Shown here: positions 21,751 through 35,834 of the stretch, piece after piece | Position numbering within the stretch: the first letter of the stretch is position 1 | Layout of the letters: each line of letters starts with the position of its first letter | DNA from: Phoronis australis | Taxonomy: Eukaryota; Animalia; Phoronida | Reading direction: 5' to 3' | Length of the DNA: 64,000 nucleotides | NCBI GenBank assembly: GCA_002633005.1 | Contig: NMRA01000212.1 | Coordinates: forward strand, 299,312 to 363,311 | Translations under genes and position numbers: made by a program | Notes under the pieces: generated by a model | Told to the model about the DNA's origin: nothing | Seen by the model: only the letters and a program-made list of their open reading frames with translations | Database searches by the model: none

Positions 21751-24376
21751 TTATGATTTAGCCATTGTCTGCTATCACAACATGCACACCAACCAGATGT
21801 CTTTTAAAACCAACGAAGGCGCAGCCCGGAGTGAATGAGGTCGCCTGTACATTTGGGTACTGAATTGCTGAAGCAACAGTCCTGATAGTTTTGATTCATA
21901 AAGGATACAATGAAGTGGGAGTGGTCTACATCAGAGTTTTACGGCGGGCACAGTTATTGGCCAAGGGCTCTGCTCAAGTAAATCAAGTAATTCGTTACTG
22001 GCCCGTATTACTGACGCATACCGCTCACATATGGTGATAACTGGACTCACGTCATGTACTATATGTAGGACGTTATTGACGAAGTCTTCGTGTTTACCAA
22101 ACGCTGGCAAAACTACAGACTTTCAACTCAACAAACGTAAAGTAGAAAGCTTGTAAGAATTTGAATTTTGACATTTTGCAAATCTGACATTTCCCAGCTC
22201 ACTTGACCAAGTTTTTTAGCTTAAAATTTAGTTTAAAAAAAAGCTACACTCATGGTATAACTATGATATCAAAAACATGGTTATTTTTTTAAAATACTCT
22301 TTCAATATGATATCTCAAGACGTTATCGCAGTTTTTTAAATAGCATTTCGTTTTCGTTTCACAGTTTTCCATGAAAATTCTAAAGTCTTATTTTTGATTG
22401 CCCTCGTGCAAAGGTGGAACATTTTAAAACAGTTCCTAATATCTTTTCGAAAATAGTGCATATACTAGTATTTGAAATTTTCATATGAATCCGATCAGCC
22501 ATTTCCGAGATATGATCCCGTTAGACGGCACGCTGACTGGCTTAACCATGAAGAATTGGTCATGTAGTCACCGGTCAAAATGCATTTTGTACGGTCTATT
22601 GTGTGCCAACCTTCAACAGACGATGCACCAAGTCATGGGCGGCGCAGCACTGAAAAAAATGGGGACTAAAGCTCTCCAGTCCCCCTGTGGTGCACCGCCC
22701 ATAGAGTACCATGGGCGGTACTGGACTGCTATAGCCCCTCAGCCTGAGCCCCCTATGGTGCGCCGCCCATGCAAAGTGCTTCTTGGGTGCGGTAATGTAA
22801 ACCCGATCGATATTGAGAGGGGNNNNNNNGGGGGGGGGAGGGGAATGGAGAGAGAGACATATTACATTTATTAACTTATGTAACAATTGGGGAAATACTA
22901 TAAAAATTCAGTTGGATATACACACATATACATATGTAAAAGCGGTTGAATACACATTTCTGTATTCCGTTCCGCTCGTATCTTCGGAACAAACACTCCA
23001 CAAAACATTGATAAAGCAACTGACCAAGAGACATGATCATTATATGTATATATGAGACGGAGGTGTTCAAAGGCAAAAGCCGCTTCTTATTGAGAACCAC
23101 CGTAGGCCGACGACATAATATAATAGATTATACCACAATATTAGCGTCGAATGGCAAATAGGCCTACAACCGTGTAATAACCCATTTAGTTATCTCACTA
23201 GTGAGATAACATTTTTACGGGAAACCGAGGCCGGTTTCTAAAGTTTCGCGTGTCCGACTTTACCACTACACACATAGACATCACCGTTTCTTTACATGGC
23301 AATTAGCCGTGTTACGTGACTATATAGTAGCACCAAGGAGTGTAGTAGTATTGGTAGCACTCTCCAATATGGCTTCAAGTTTTCAGCTGCAGTAGCGCGT
23401 GCGGCCCGCGGTCACAGTATTATAATGACTACACCACTCAGCGGCCGACATCATCGCACGTGAAAATACTTGATGAGCACGCGCAACAATCGCATGTTCA
23501 GCAAAGGGCATTGTACCGACATTCATACGTCATGAAAAATAAGACGCATAATTTCCATAAAACGATATTTTAATTCAGTGAAAATTTTCTCTCGTGTCAG
23601 TCTCTCACTTGTAAATCACCGATCTTTAATTTGAATGCGGGTATCGTGTCGTCGGGACCCTCGGGCGATAATTCCCCAAAATCCACTCGGGCTCTAGATA
23701 ACGAGGAATAACGACTTCGCCATGTAATAATACAAGTAACCAATAAAAAATATCAGACGAAAAATTATTATCTACTATTCACAAATTTGAAATACGATTT
23801 TAAAACTGGCATGTGGAATTAATAGTATAATTACTTCACTGAATAAATATGTAAATGAATAAATATGTAAATGCACCACACCTAATTAGTAAAAATAACG
23901 GTCACGGAGGTGCTTCGAGCACTGCTTCCACAGAATACAACAAAAGAACTTGTTGATGTGCAAGTGATTACACTTGTGTATATGTTTGCGCGTGCATGTG
24001 CTCGTGTATGTGTGTGCGTGGATGTTCGTGTCTAACACTGCAGTATGTACGTGGTTATTCACATTGGACATAGTAGCCGGAGTAGCAGCCTGGGTCCTTG
24101 CTTTGCAAGTAATTATCTAAAAATTTGTTGCCTGCATAGTCCAGCAAGTGAGTGTTTATTTTACCTAGAACTGAAAATTTTATTATGATGTCAAGTGAAT
24201 CATCCAGCTGTTACGATGCTTTGTTTTCTGTCTACTATTGTATCTGAGGATGATTCTTTAATTCATATCGAAACGTCGTTTTCATGCTGCACTCTAGCGT
24301 TTTTTCGTTTCTGAAGGAATATAGTTAAAGTTAAATTTGACGAGCAATTCAAATTAGCTTTTAGCGCTCAAACGCA

Positions 24377-24512
24377 TCACGTGACTCTTATTCTAAATAA
24401 CTCTTAGTACCTCGCTAAATAACTTCTGGTGATATTTTAAGAGGATGAGCCGGAGTTGTGGTCGCCGCATGGTCTTCGCCAGTGATAGGCCACAGCTAGC
24501 TAGAGGGCGCCA
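24377..24512 (+). promoter_or_regulatory. XDH proximal promoter motifs: E-box/CLEAR-like TCACGTGAC (24377-24385) and CTCF-like AGCTAGCTAGAGGGCGCCA (24494-24512)
   Basis: Motif matches 140-275 bp upstream of the XDH ATG; function untested. Confidence 0.4.
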
Positions 24513-24651
24513 CTGAGAGTAAACAGAAAGTTCACGCACAACAAAACAACAAAACGCAAGAAGCCAGTGTTCTCGACTCGTGAGCCGAAAAGTGTATTTT
24601 ACACCGTCGGAAAAGTTACTACGTTCGTTTGTATGATATGTGTATAGTACA

Positions 24652-24717
24652 ATGGAAATTGCAGAACGAAAGTTTGCAGGAAGCAGCAACTTGGTGTTTT
24701 TTGTTAATGGTAAAAAG
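24652..24717 (+). CDS. XDH: XDH exon 1
   Basis: MEIAERKFAGSSNLVFFVNGKK; GTAAGC. Confidence 0.9.
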
Positions 24718-27700
24718 GTAAGCTTCGAAGTTCGATGGACGTGGTTGGTTCAGCATGTCGCTGAAGTTCAAGTTCACGACGTTTGTTTACACACGGGCTC
24801 TAATTCTAAACTGAAGTTTTAACAGAAAGGTACCTGCTCACAACTGATCACAAGCCTCCGTTTAAATTGTGTGATAATGCTAAGCTGCGAAACATGCCTG
24901 TGCACGGTTATCACAGTCTCAATTGGCCCTAGCCTTGGTACAAAGCTGTACACTAAATACGACAGTCTTCTTACAGCTAGCTGGCTGGCTAAATTGGCCC
25001 CAGTAGAGAGAGATAGTCATCCCTCAGCCACAGGCCCTCCATACACCAGAAGCTTTTCGTTGAATTATGCCTCACACTGATTAAAGCATCAAAGCTTTGT
25101 AGTATCTTTGGCGCAGCGGCATACAGGAACACCTTAGGAGGCCTTTGATGTCTTTAAGCCACTTCAAGCAATTTATACTCCCGCAATCAAACTTAATTTT
25201 TTTTGAACAGTCCTCCATTCAGTTGCTCAAACAGGCAACTGGCCATTTTTACACTGCTTGTGCCAGCGGATATGAGGTCATGACGGCGACATTCCGTTGC
25301 TCCCAACTTGTTTGATTCTATAGCCCAACAACAAGTTGAGAAGTTTACCCCCGTAGCCAATATCTCACATGACTGATTCCATTCTGGCATTTATGGTTGG
25401 ACGGAGGGCCTGGGCTCTTTTGATTGATAATTGCTCTAATCTCCGATCAGATCGAATCTAGACTGACTGGGCTGGGCTGATAAAAATGAAAGTTAAGTTA
25501 TAACATATTTGAGCTTAAACCAATAGCATTTCTGAATTCCTCGCCAAATGCTGATCATGTTCCGTTTTTGAATCACCAAAAAATGCCCAACTACAACAGA
25601 AGTTAAGACAATCTATTCTGTCCAAACGGATTAGGCCTATCAACGTACTGGGTTTGACTGTGTTCATACACGTTCAGTAATACCGTGCAACCACCATACG
25701 TTTCATTTGAAGCCTGGGAGATAATTGGCCTGCTTGTTACCATACGGGACAAAAGACTGAGCTGGGCTGTTAACAAAAGAGCGAGATGTTATCGCCTGTT
25801 GAGCACCCCTCTCGTCTGGAAAAGTTACTGAACGACAGAACGCTGTAATGCTTATCCCATGTATGTGAAAATTTGGGTGTTGTATATGTCATGTTATTAA
25901 GCGTGAAATGCGGGAGAGTAGAGCCAATCCGTATACAATGGTAGAAGCCGTAGAAGCCATATACTACAGTAGAAGCTGTATTTCACGATTGGTGAGCAGT
26001 CACCTGGTGGAGTAAATTCGCTTGTGCAAAGCCAAATTTGACTCAGCTCGCTTATTTGGGTTATCTAAATCAATAATGGAGGGCATTGTTCCTGAAAAAG
26101 CAGTTTTACTGCACTAAAAACAGAAAAAAATTACCGATGAAAACTCCGACGCACGGTGATCAGGGTGCTATATTTGGGCCTCGTTGAAGTTTCAATCTGG
26201 GTCAAATAGGTCAAGCTAAATAGTGTCACCAGCCGACAAAATCAGCTAAAATCCAATTCAAATCCAACGAAAACGTTGTGTTATGGATGCATACAGTATA
26301 TCTACACTGTGAGCTAAGGTCTTTACAGAAAATTGCGACCTAATATCTGTGTTTTTTACTGAGACAATCGTCTGCTCGCAGCATTCCTCCACTCTCCATC
26401 CCTTACGTCTGATTCTGCAAAACTGCGCAGTTTCCACCGTTATTTTTCAATGCTATGATCCACACCTGGGAAATGTTTCTATTACTATTTACAGTTCAGA
26501 AGCTAAGACACGAAAATAGACCAAGAAAACTAAGAAATTTATCAAAGCTAAAATGACGCGCTGCTGCACAACTGTTCTGGGAATGTTTCAATTTTTATAT
26601 TCCTGGATGGGTTATTTCAAAGTTTCCGACAAACTTTTGTTATTATCGAATGATTCGGTGCTTTAACTTGTATATTTTACAAACTGAAAATTCTTATCAA
26701 TTTATTATGAAATAAAACTTTACTGGTTATTCAAAACTTTCACAGATTGTCTTCAAGTTGTCGCTTAACCGGCTTGGGTACCGTAATTGGCATACATATG
26801 ATGTCATGTAACTACAAGATGTAGCACATGGCAACAAGGTATTGCCGCAGTGATGTAACTAAGTACATATATATGGGATAAATAGGTTATCTCACTAACA
26901 TAGGAATACTACTGCGACATCCATTTCAGCTGGGAATATCTCAACTCATCCTTCAGTGTCGATGGGACATTCCCAAATAAAATGAATTCTCGATAAGATA
27001 TGGCAGTAGTATTTCTATGTATTGGTCATAAGCTATATGTATTGAAAATATTTGCCACTCACATTCCGGAATTTGGGCTTGTAAAAAGTGACAACAAAAA
27101 AAGGCGAACATCCACTCTGTGCCGTCTGAATAATACGAGTGAAGTCAATTTTCAACTTGTATTTTCAGGCATTTACTCGGTTACATTGAGCCCAAACAAG
27201 TTCTGTGCTGTATTTGACATGGGCCTAAAGCTAAAGTCCCTTGCTTAGGCAGATGTTCATTCCCTTCCCATACCTGTAAACAACTTACAACATACATAGC
27301 TAGGGTCATTGCACTGCACTGCTTATCACTGGAGATAAGATGTCTGGTGTTATCCAGACCAATGACCTGGAGCTTATTAGGAGCTCTGGATTGTTCTCCT
27401 GTGTAATATGTACTGTTAATTTTCACCACTTAAACCTACATCCTGGATTTAGACCACTTACAGCACTGTTGCAAGATTTGTCTCAACTTGTTGGTTACTC
27501 AGATGTGTTCTGTGTTTGCAAACAACTGATAGTTCGTTATTCCTTGAGATTATGCTAGCACATAAAATAACCCGCCAAGACAAGCTAACTAACTTGAGCC
27601 GACTCGAGCAAAAAGCTTATTTTTTTTCAAAATCAGCCAAGGTGATGTGAAAAATTATACTCAATCCAAGTGAGGGTTCAGAAATGTGCAACTTTAGTGC

Positions 27701-28595
27701 TCAAGCTTGAAATTTGTGATCAATTATAAACAGCGCTTAAATTTATAAAGAAAATTGTTACACAGTACAAATAATTTATGTTTTTAAGTATGAAGTCCAA
27801 TATGCAATGGCATTGGGCAGCCTCTCTAGGATGGTTTTATTATTTTTTCCCAGCTGAAGAAAGCCATATATAAAAAGTGTCAGTATTACATGAAGGATGA
27901 TGGAAATAATGTCTTGTTCACGGATCTTTGCATCAACATGCGTAGCCAGATATTTTGGACATGCCTCTCTCCCCGTGGACATTTACGTCTGCTCTCCAAG
28001 ACAACTCATTGTTAACAATAACTCAAGTTGAGGTTAAGATGACCCCTGTTATGTCTGTGAGCTAATGTCCAAAGGGGAGTACAAGTGAGAAGACAGGTTT
28101 ATTGATACTGTGAATCTATATGTCACCAACTACTAGTAATAATTTACTGGTATTGAACCTGTTGTGTCACCAATTACTAGTAGTCATTTACAGCAGCTAT
28201 AGTGAAGCTGGATAATGACAATCTTTGATGAAGAAAACCAGTGTATGCCCTTTTAACATCGTTGTTTTGATGGGAGTGCTATTAACTGCATGATTCGATG
28301 TCACAATCCATTTCTGATCAGAAATGTATTATTCCCAGAAATGAACAACTCATTTTACCATGGAAATTGGCATTTTCAGTTTCAATTTGCGCCATGAAAT
28401 CTGCCGCTCAGCGATAAATTTCTGATTACATTTCTGATTTCATGCATGTGACTACGTTCTTACTGTTACACAGGGAAAGAATTGATCATTGACGCAAATG
28501 ATTGTAAATAAGACAAAACTCAATACTAGAAAGGTCACAATTTGATCAGGTTATCTGTTGAGGGTTATCTGTTGATAAAATATATTTATTTCCAG

Positions 28596-28653
28596 GTTGT
28601 AGAGAGCAGACCTGACCCTGAAACTACACTGCTGGAGTACTTACGAAGACAAT
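28596..28653 (+). CDS. XDH: XDH exon 2
   Basis: VVESRPDPETTLLEYLRRQ; followed by the U12-like donor GTATCTTT. Confidence 0.92.
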
Positions 28654-30915
28654 GTATCTTTTTTAGTGTTCATTTATTAAAACTTTTGTTTTGGGGTGTT
28701 ATTTTTGACTAGCACGTGACCCTGTGAACATTCAATTGCCACCCTTTCGTGGAGAGGTCCTTTTTGTTGGGGCTTTTCATGAAGAGTTATACCTGTGCCA
28801 CCTTGTATTGTAAGGATGGTGATTTGTAGCAATCACTCAGAACAATGGTATCACGTTTCAACTATTATATACCATTTTTATGTTTTTATATCAAACTGTA
28901 CAACACTGAACTGTATATAGTTTAAGTAATCAGGCTAAATCCTGTTTCAATATCATGACAGCTAATTATAACAGCAAAAATGACTGATAATGACGTTTAT
29001 TTCAGCTAAGTTCTAATTGCTTAGCCACCTTTATAAGTTTCTTGTTTTAATTTGCCTTCATTCTCCATCATGAGGAAGCTATTCAGATAAAGGATTCATT
29101 CTCTACCCAGTTGTCATTGCGGGAAATTCTGAGTCATTTTGTCTGAATACTTTTCATTTTTACTATACTTGTTTCCCAGTCGGTGTTTGTCTCATTGTTG
29201 AGAGTGCACTGAAAACATTAGTGTGATGAGGTCCTAAATTGGCAGCCAGTTGAAAAGTATTGATATTTGTCTACGCTTAGTGCACACTGAGGCAAACTAC
29301 GATAATAGGGCTGTCCCAGATTACACAGCGACACTCAAATCTTGCAGTATTTACCCACAATGCCACAATATCCATCAAGCACATTGTACCATAACGTTTT
29401 TTGCGCCATTGGAGTTCCACATGTTCTTTATTGTTGTTGTAAGCTACATTGCTCTGTTGGTCCTTCTAATACCAACGAATAATTGCTGCTGTGCTGTGGG
29501 CTGCAAATCCAATGAGAAGGCTGGATACAGTCAGGCGACCTAAATATCGGACGTTTTGGCACATTTTGCATTATATTTAATTGGAAAGGCTACGGATTGT
29601 TGTAAATTCTTTACTAAAATAAAGACTTACCCCCTAAGGAATTGTTCTGTTACTACATCTTGTCACCGAAGGCCACGCTTATATTCTGACTGATCTTTAA
29701 AAAACACAACTAACAAAACCTTGGAGAACCCAAATATCGGACACCATGTTTCTGCATACGCCACACCGTGGAAAACTGACTAACCAAGTAATGGCCGCGG
29801 GCACCTGTTTCATGCAACCCGTCAAAGTGCCGGGTTGCATGAACAGTCCCAAATAGGGACTCAACTAAGTTCCCTAAATCTTTTGCCCGTTTGTGTCTTT
29901 CGGTACTCACAGATGTAATCTTTTTCTATAATTTCATGGTTATTATGAGCTGCTCCTTGACTATTAAAATTTTCTAATAATATAATAAAAAATGAGCCCT
30001 GAGACTGAGTTCAATGAAAATAAGTTAGGGACTTAGTCCTAATAAGTTACATGAAAAGATCCCTTAATTTTTATTTTCAATACTATTGATAATTCACCGT
30101 CAAATCCACTCTCCATAATTTGTTTCATTTTTGTATAGGATTCTGACGAAAATTGGGACTTGAAGAAAAAATAAAACGTTGCATAAACAGAAATGAAAAG
30201 ATTATTCGCAAATACTGAAACAGCGGTTTGGAGATTTCTCTTGAAATATAGAAAAGAAATTTGTTTTGTAAATTTCTAACTTTTGTTAAAAAGGCGTGGT
30301 CAAGTGATGCAATCAGTGGCAGACTGGATGAAGAGCAAAACTGAATTCTACTCTGTGTGCTTTCCAAAATCCTTTACTTTTTACTGAGTTTAATCTACTT
30401 TTGTAGTTAATTGTCAAGTTACTGTAACTTGTAACCTTATAAAGAGAGTACCTGTTGGCGATTTTGTTTCACAAGGCCTTTTTCCATTGAGTTAAATCTG
30501 TTACAAGAGGTGCGGCCTAGCCCCCTGGTCCTTTGAGGGAGTCTTCTGAAATTTGGTAACTATATACGAATAGGTCTCCTCTAGTGCTATATGAGACGTG
30601 TCATTGCTTTCTTGCTGCGATGAACTGTTCTCGGCGAGTGATTCCAGATTTTCTAATTTGATGACTGCTATCATGCTATTATGTTAGTGACAGATTCATC
30701 AACACACTTTTGTTGGTTTATCATTTACTGTTCGTAGGTGTCATGTGTAGAGTGGTGGTGGTCACTGTTATTCTTTACTTAGCTTATCGCCCTAAACTCT
30801 TGAGTGTTTTTACACTATTTTGAAAAGTGCTGCTCCTCATTTGTTTTCTGTATTTGTCTTATGGATTTACTACTTTGTTTTGATTGTTTTAACGTGTCCT
30901 TAACTTGAATTCCAG
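28654..30915 (+). other. U12-type (minor spliceosome) GT-AG intron 2 of XDH
   Basis: Donor GTATCTTT; branch site TCCTTAAC 30897-30904, ending 11 nt before the exon. Confidence 0.8.
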
Positions 30916-31012
30916 TACATTTGACAGGCACTAAACTGGGATGTGGGGAAGGAGGTTGTGGAGCATGCACTGTCATGGTGTCCAAATATGACAGAGAAAA
31001 CAAGACAGTGCA
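30916..31012 (+). CDS. XDH: XDH exon 3
   Basis: [32 protein letters not shown]. Confidence 0.95.
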
Positions 31013-32511
31013 GTATCCTTTATCTGGAGCTCACGTACACTGTGTACAGTCCCCAGTTTGGGACAATGAACATTTAATTGCTCTCGGTCAGACTTTGTGC
31101 CAAATTTTAGAAATGAACTTGATATCCCAAATGCTAGAATTACGATTTACTGCAAACGATAATTTACCTTGCTGTTTAAAACACTATGGGGAAGCATGGA
31201 AATGGCAGCTGCTGTATTCAATGGGTTTATGAACTGTCGAGTCTATTTTCAGTTGGTTCAAGGTGCTATGTTAAGTCACCCACAGACAATTTTCAGAATC
31301 TGTAAAATTCAATTTCGGCTTGAATGTCTGTGTCCCAAATTTTCAAGACGGTTCCGAACTGGAGAATATTTACTGTATACGAGAGCTAGTGATGTAAACT
31401 TGTTACTTGTACAAAAAAAAATTAGCTGCAGCTGTTTTTCCTTAGAATAGAGCATTGGGCAGGATGGGTGGAATGTGGTTTGGTTATAGGAGACCTGCAA
31501 GATTAATAGATTGAGGCATGTGTGACTATGAAAAAGACTGGGCAAGGTCATCGCCCTGATATTGACATTGGAACAGCAGTTCTTTTGTTGTACTTTGTTG
31601 TGTCTTGAATCTGGGTCAGCTGCAACAACCTACAAGTGCTGTCTTACCCTAAGAATGTTTACATTCTGAGTTAAAGGTCATGTAAGACCATCCCAAAATG
31701 TGCAAATGGGGCTTGCTTGTCAGGAAACAGCTGATTGGATTCTTATGAAGCTGTTTTCCAAAAGCTTGCCAGTAATTGTTTTTCAATATGTTCCACTTTT
31801 GCATGAGGAGTTCTAAAAATAGGACTTTTTCAATTTTTATGAAAAATCAAAAGTTGCACAAAACATTAATAATTTAGAAAACTGTTTCAGAGCTTTTGAG
31901 ATTTCATGTTGAACACTTATCAAACAATATTTGGTCATGTTATTGATATCTTTGTTTCGGTATGTATGTTCTAACCTTTTTCTTAATTTTACCAAAAAAA
32001 CACAATCGCCCATTCAATGGCTGATTAGTTTGAAGTCAAAAACAAATTCTAAAGGCTTTCTACAGGCTTGTATGTATTTGGCGAAATACACAGACTAGTG
32101 AGATAAGGTCCTACACACCTTTAACCCCTTGGGACTCTTTTCACTGGAACAACCCCATGCCGATGAGCTAAAATATTGATTACAGCTTATTTTTCAAAGT
32201 CGGGAATATTTGAAAGTACAGTCATATTATGGACACTTTATTGTATTGAGAAAGTTATTGAATTTGTTAGAAAGAGTTGTGGAAGATAGGTCAACTCTTA
32301 AAATTTTGTGCAGAGCCAGTTTAGTAGTGCGTAATTCATTACAATTTTCTTGAATTGAATCATCACTGCAATAGACAGCTTTGACATTAGCAAGTTCTGT
32401 CATGTGTCTACAGAATCTCATAACATTTGCCTCTGGGAAATTCTATAATATTTGATGGACTTTTGCCGGTGATTGATTGATTGCTTGCTTGTCATCCTTG
32501 ACAGATTTTAG
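31013..32511 (+). other. U12-type GT-AG intron 3 of XDH
   Basis: Consensus donor GTATCCTTT; branch site TCCTTGAC 32495-32502, ending 9 nt before the exon. Confidence 0.88.
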
Positions 32512-32620
32512 ACATTTTTCTGTGAATGCCTGCCTTGCGCCTGTCTGCTCAATGCATGGCATGGCTGTGACCACTGTTGAAGGTATTGGCAGCACCAAGA
32601 CAAGCCTGCACCCAGTTCAG
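32512..32620 (+). CDS. XDH: XDH exon 4
   Basis: [36 protein letters not shown]. Confidence 0.95.
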
Positions 32621-34356
32621 GTACTTACCTATACTGTTCTACGAAAACAATTACCTTGTGGAATGCGATCTGAGCTTCGTCCTGTAATTCAAGACACCTA
32701 CAGGACTCTGCAACTAGAAATCTTTGCTTGTTGAGCATAAACCTTTAATTTTCTCTCATAATTGAACTTTCCAGTCTAACTGACCAATTACATTTGTAGT
32801 AGCCATTTTGCTAGTCTATGTTTACTCATGAAGAAATTTACTTTCAATAGTGTGATTTTTACATGTGGCCTTGCTTGATGTTGCCAATATTCCAAGAAAC
32901 ACAACCACCGGTATGTGAACACCCATAGAAAAATGAATATATTTTCTACATGTCACATTAGCTGAATCTATTTAAAACACCTATAGGATGCGTTTTTTAA
33001 CAAAGAAATTGTGAGATTTTGAAATATGAAAGTTGTTTATGTAACAACTAGGCCATTTATTCGTATAAGGCTTAAATCTCCATGGTAATATCAGAGTTAT
33101 TGTCAATGGTAATTCCAGGATTACCATATTGATTCTTTGAGTATAGCCTTTTTGGTGCATTGCTGAGGATGGGTCTGCACTGATTTATTAGTGCTGAGAT
33201 TTTCTAAGATTAGAAGTAAAAGATTGAGGAGTATTGAATTTCCTGAGCATGGCATACCAAGGAGTTGCTTTTCCATGAACCGCAAACTTGCAACTCTTAT
33301 AAGATCCAGGGGAATGTTAGAGGTCATTCGGGGTCAGATATCAGCTCTTTTGGTTGGATCCAGGGCAGTTGAGCAGTTTCAAGGACACCTTTTTACGAAA
33401 ATAATTCCATTTATCCACTTTGCTGACCAAATATCATGATTCGCTTAAATAGTTCAATATAATCAAATTTCTTGCATCCAAAATTGAGACTTTTCAGTGC
33501 TTGATTTTACGGCTGCTAGAGAAAAAATTAATGACTGAAGAAAATCATGTAAAATTACTCTTAGGATGGCAGAAGGTTACCTTCCAATGACCTTTGAGAA
33601 CAACTTTCAACTCACTCAAATACTAAGCCTCACCGTTATGAATTTCTCAAATGATGGTTTAAGGTTGTTTTGTCCTCAAAGGCCTATAGCATTGCTTTTG
33701 GTTTATTCAAAGCTACCTTTGAAAACATGAATAGAAGAGACAAAACAACTGTTTTTATGGGGTCACTTTTATGCACTTAATAATAGGCCTATATGTAATG
33801 TGGGTGTATTGGCCGTCATCTTGTCTGGTGTCTACTGCTATATCACTAAACACCCTGGATAGAGGTTCATGAAATTTTGCAAGTCCCTGTCGTGGATGGC
33901 ACAACATGTGTGAATTTTCAGACGGTGTGCCCTCCAGTGGCAATTTGCATCATAATAGTTTCTCACCAGATTTTCATAAAATTAGGCTAATAGGCATCTG
34001 TTAAGGAGAATGCCACCTTCTCGTTTTTGGATGGATTTGAAATATTTTGCGCTACCTAGTAACTGTTTTTCAAGTGTCTTTTTGGTATATATATGTGTTC
34101 CTATACTGAGAAAAGGACAGCTGCCCAACAGTGATTTTGGGATAGCTACAACTACTGTGATGTCTGACCGGACCTTAAGTTGCAGTTTTGTTTTGTTTTT
34201 GCATCCCAAGCTGTATCTGATTAACTTCTTGCAGGAATTTTGTTAAATTTGTATTTCTATGAAAGTGACAAAACTCTTGTATTTATGTTGTGATGCATGC
34301 GGTGGGAGTATATCAATGCCTTGTGTAATTGCTCTTTTACATTATGGTACCATGTA

Positions 34357-35834
34357 CCGTATTCGCCGTAATAACAGCCCATGCCCCTATAAGCGCCCCC
34401 CACGGATTTTCAGACTTTGCTAAAATAAGCGCCCAGTCCATGAACGTGTACGTGCGAAAAATGCCTTACCTACAGTTTTAAAATTCTACTGTAACGTCTT
34501 CAATTTATCAATAATATCCGACCGTCCCGAAAAAATCATTGTGCGCAGAATTTGTAGACCACGAGCCTCGTCGTTAAGTCGGTATTTAGCCGTGACTATA
34601 CACTTCAAAATTGCGCCATGCACACAAAAGTTCTGCTGATATTGCGAGGACCAATGGTCTGGCCTTTCAGAACAGAAGTAGTGTACTTGTCTACGGGATT
34701 GCTTTGTAGATATTTCCTGCTTTCAACAGGAATCCAAATTTCATTGTAGGCCTACACGTGAAAACCGCGAATCGAAGACTTACAGCTTGGCCAGTGTTAA
34801 AAGCACGTGGCCAGGAAGCTTGCGCTACATATTTACATGAACCTGTCATCAAAGACATTAGTCGGGAACTATCCATTCATGAATCGGGTAGCATAGCATT
34901 GGCAAGAAATGAATATTGGCACTAATTTCCAACAGTTTCTCATAAAAAATGTTTGCATTATTTTTAAAATGAATTGTTTTATTAACCATAACTGGTGTTT
35001 TTAAGCCAAATATTGGATAAAATAACCACTGACAGTAAATGCTTACATACCCTTACACCAAAAAATAACTGTCAGATAGTCATGTACGCATCCAGCCACA
35101 CGGCGACTAATATGGCCTTACCGAGACAGACCGGCAAGTGCTGAATGAAACACGCTCTGGTTTAGGCCTACTGCTTGTGCAAATTTCTTTAGATACAATG
35201 CACATCTAGTTCATTAGATTGCATGGCTCTGGCCAAAAGACGGTCTCTGCTCTGCAGGCAAATGAACTCTGGTGACACGCACGCGCTCGCTTACTCACAA
35301 ACGCAGACAACTTCAAAACAAACGTCACGTGACAACATGTGTGTTCGTCCAGACATTTTTCTCATGTTGCGATCATACCATGTAAATGACACGATATCAG
35401 CGCACATTTGTACTTAAACCTGCTGTGATCCCGACTCCACAGGAACTTAAAAATCTTAGGGACGCCAAACTTGGAAAACTTAAGGAGGATTTCAGGTAAT
35501 TTGCTTGAGTCGAAACCGTATTTTTATTCATTAAGCATTCAAGTCGCCATATTGACGATTGCGAGGCAGGCAGTTGGCGAGTTTTCGCCCTGGGATTTCA
35601 GCACAATTTTCTGTAAAATGATCGTAATTTAGCAGCAAAGTTTGATAGCAATGCACCACGGTTTTGTAGAAAGTCTTTCATAGATTACAGATAAGTCGCA
35701 GAGCATAGATATAATGAATCTTAGCTTCCGATTTCACCCATTTCGGAGACCGGGTTTCAACGGCCTTGGGTTATAATAAGCACCCCCCCTGAAACGAACT
35801 TTTCTAAGCGCCCTGGGCGGTAATTACGGCGCAG
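34357..35834. mobile_element. Non-autonomous Tc1/mariner-pogo-like element
   Basis: TA|CCGTATTCGCCGTAATAACAGCCCA ... TGGGCGGTAATTACGGCG(cag)|TA; subterminal taagcgccc motifs; right TIR damaged. Confidence 0.65.

Noticed and set aside
22485-22886. 129-aa and 96-aa ORFs in the intergenic region
   Set aside because: No recognisable domain; they overlap a dispersed repeat (similar to ~31675-31870) and an N-gap.
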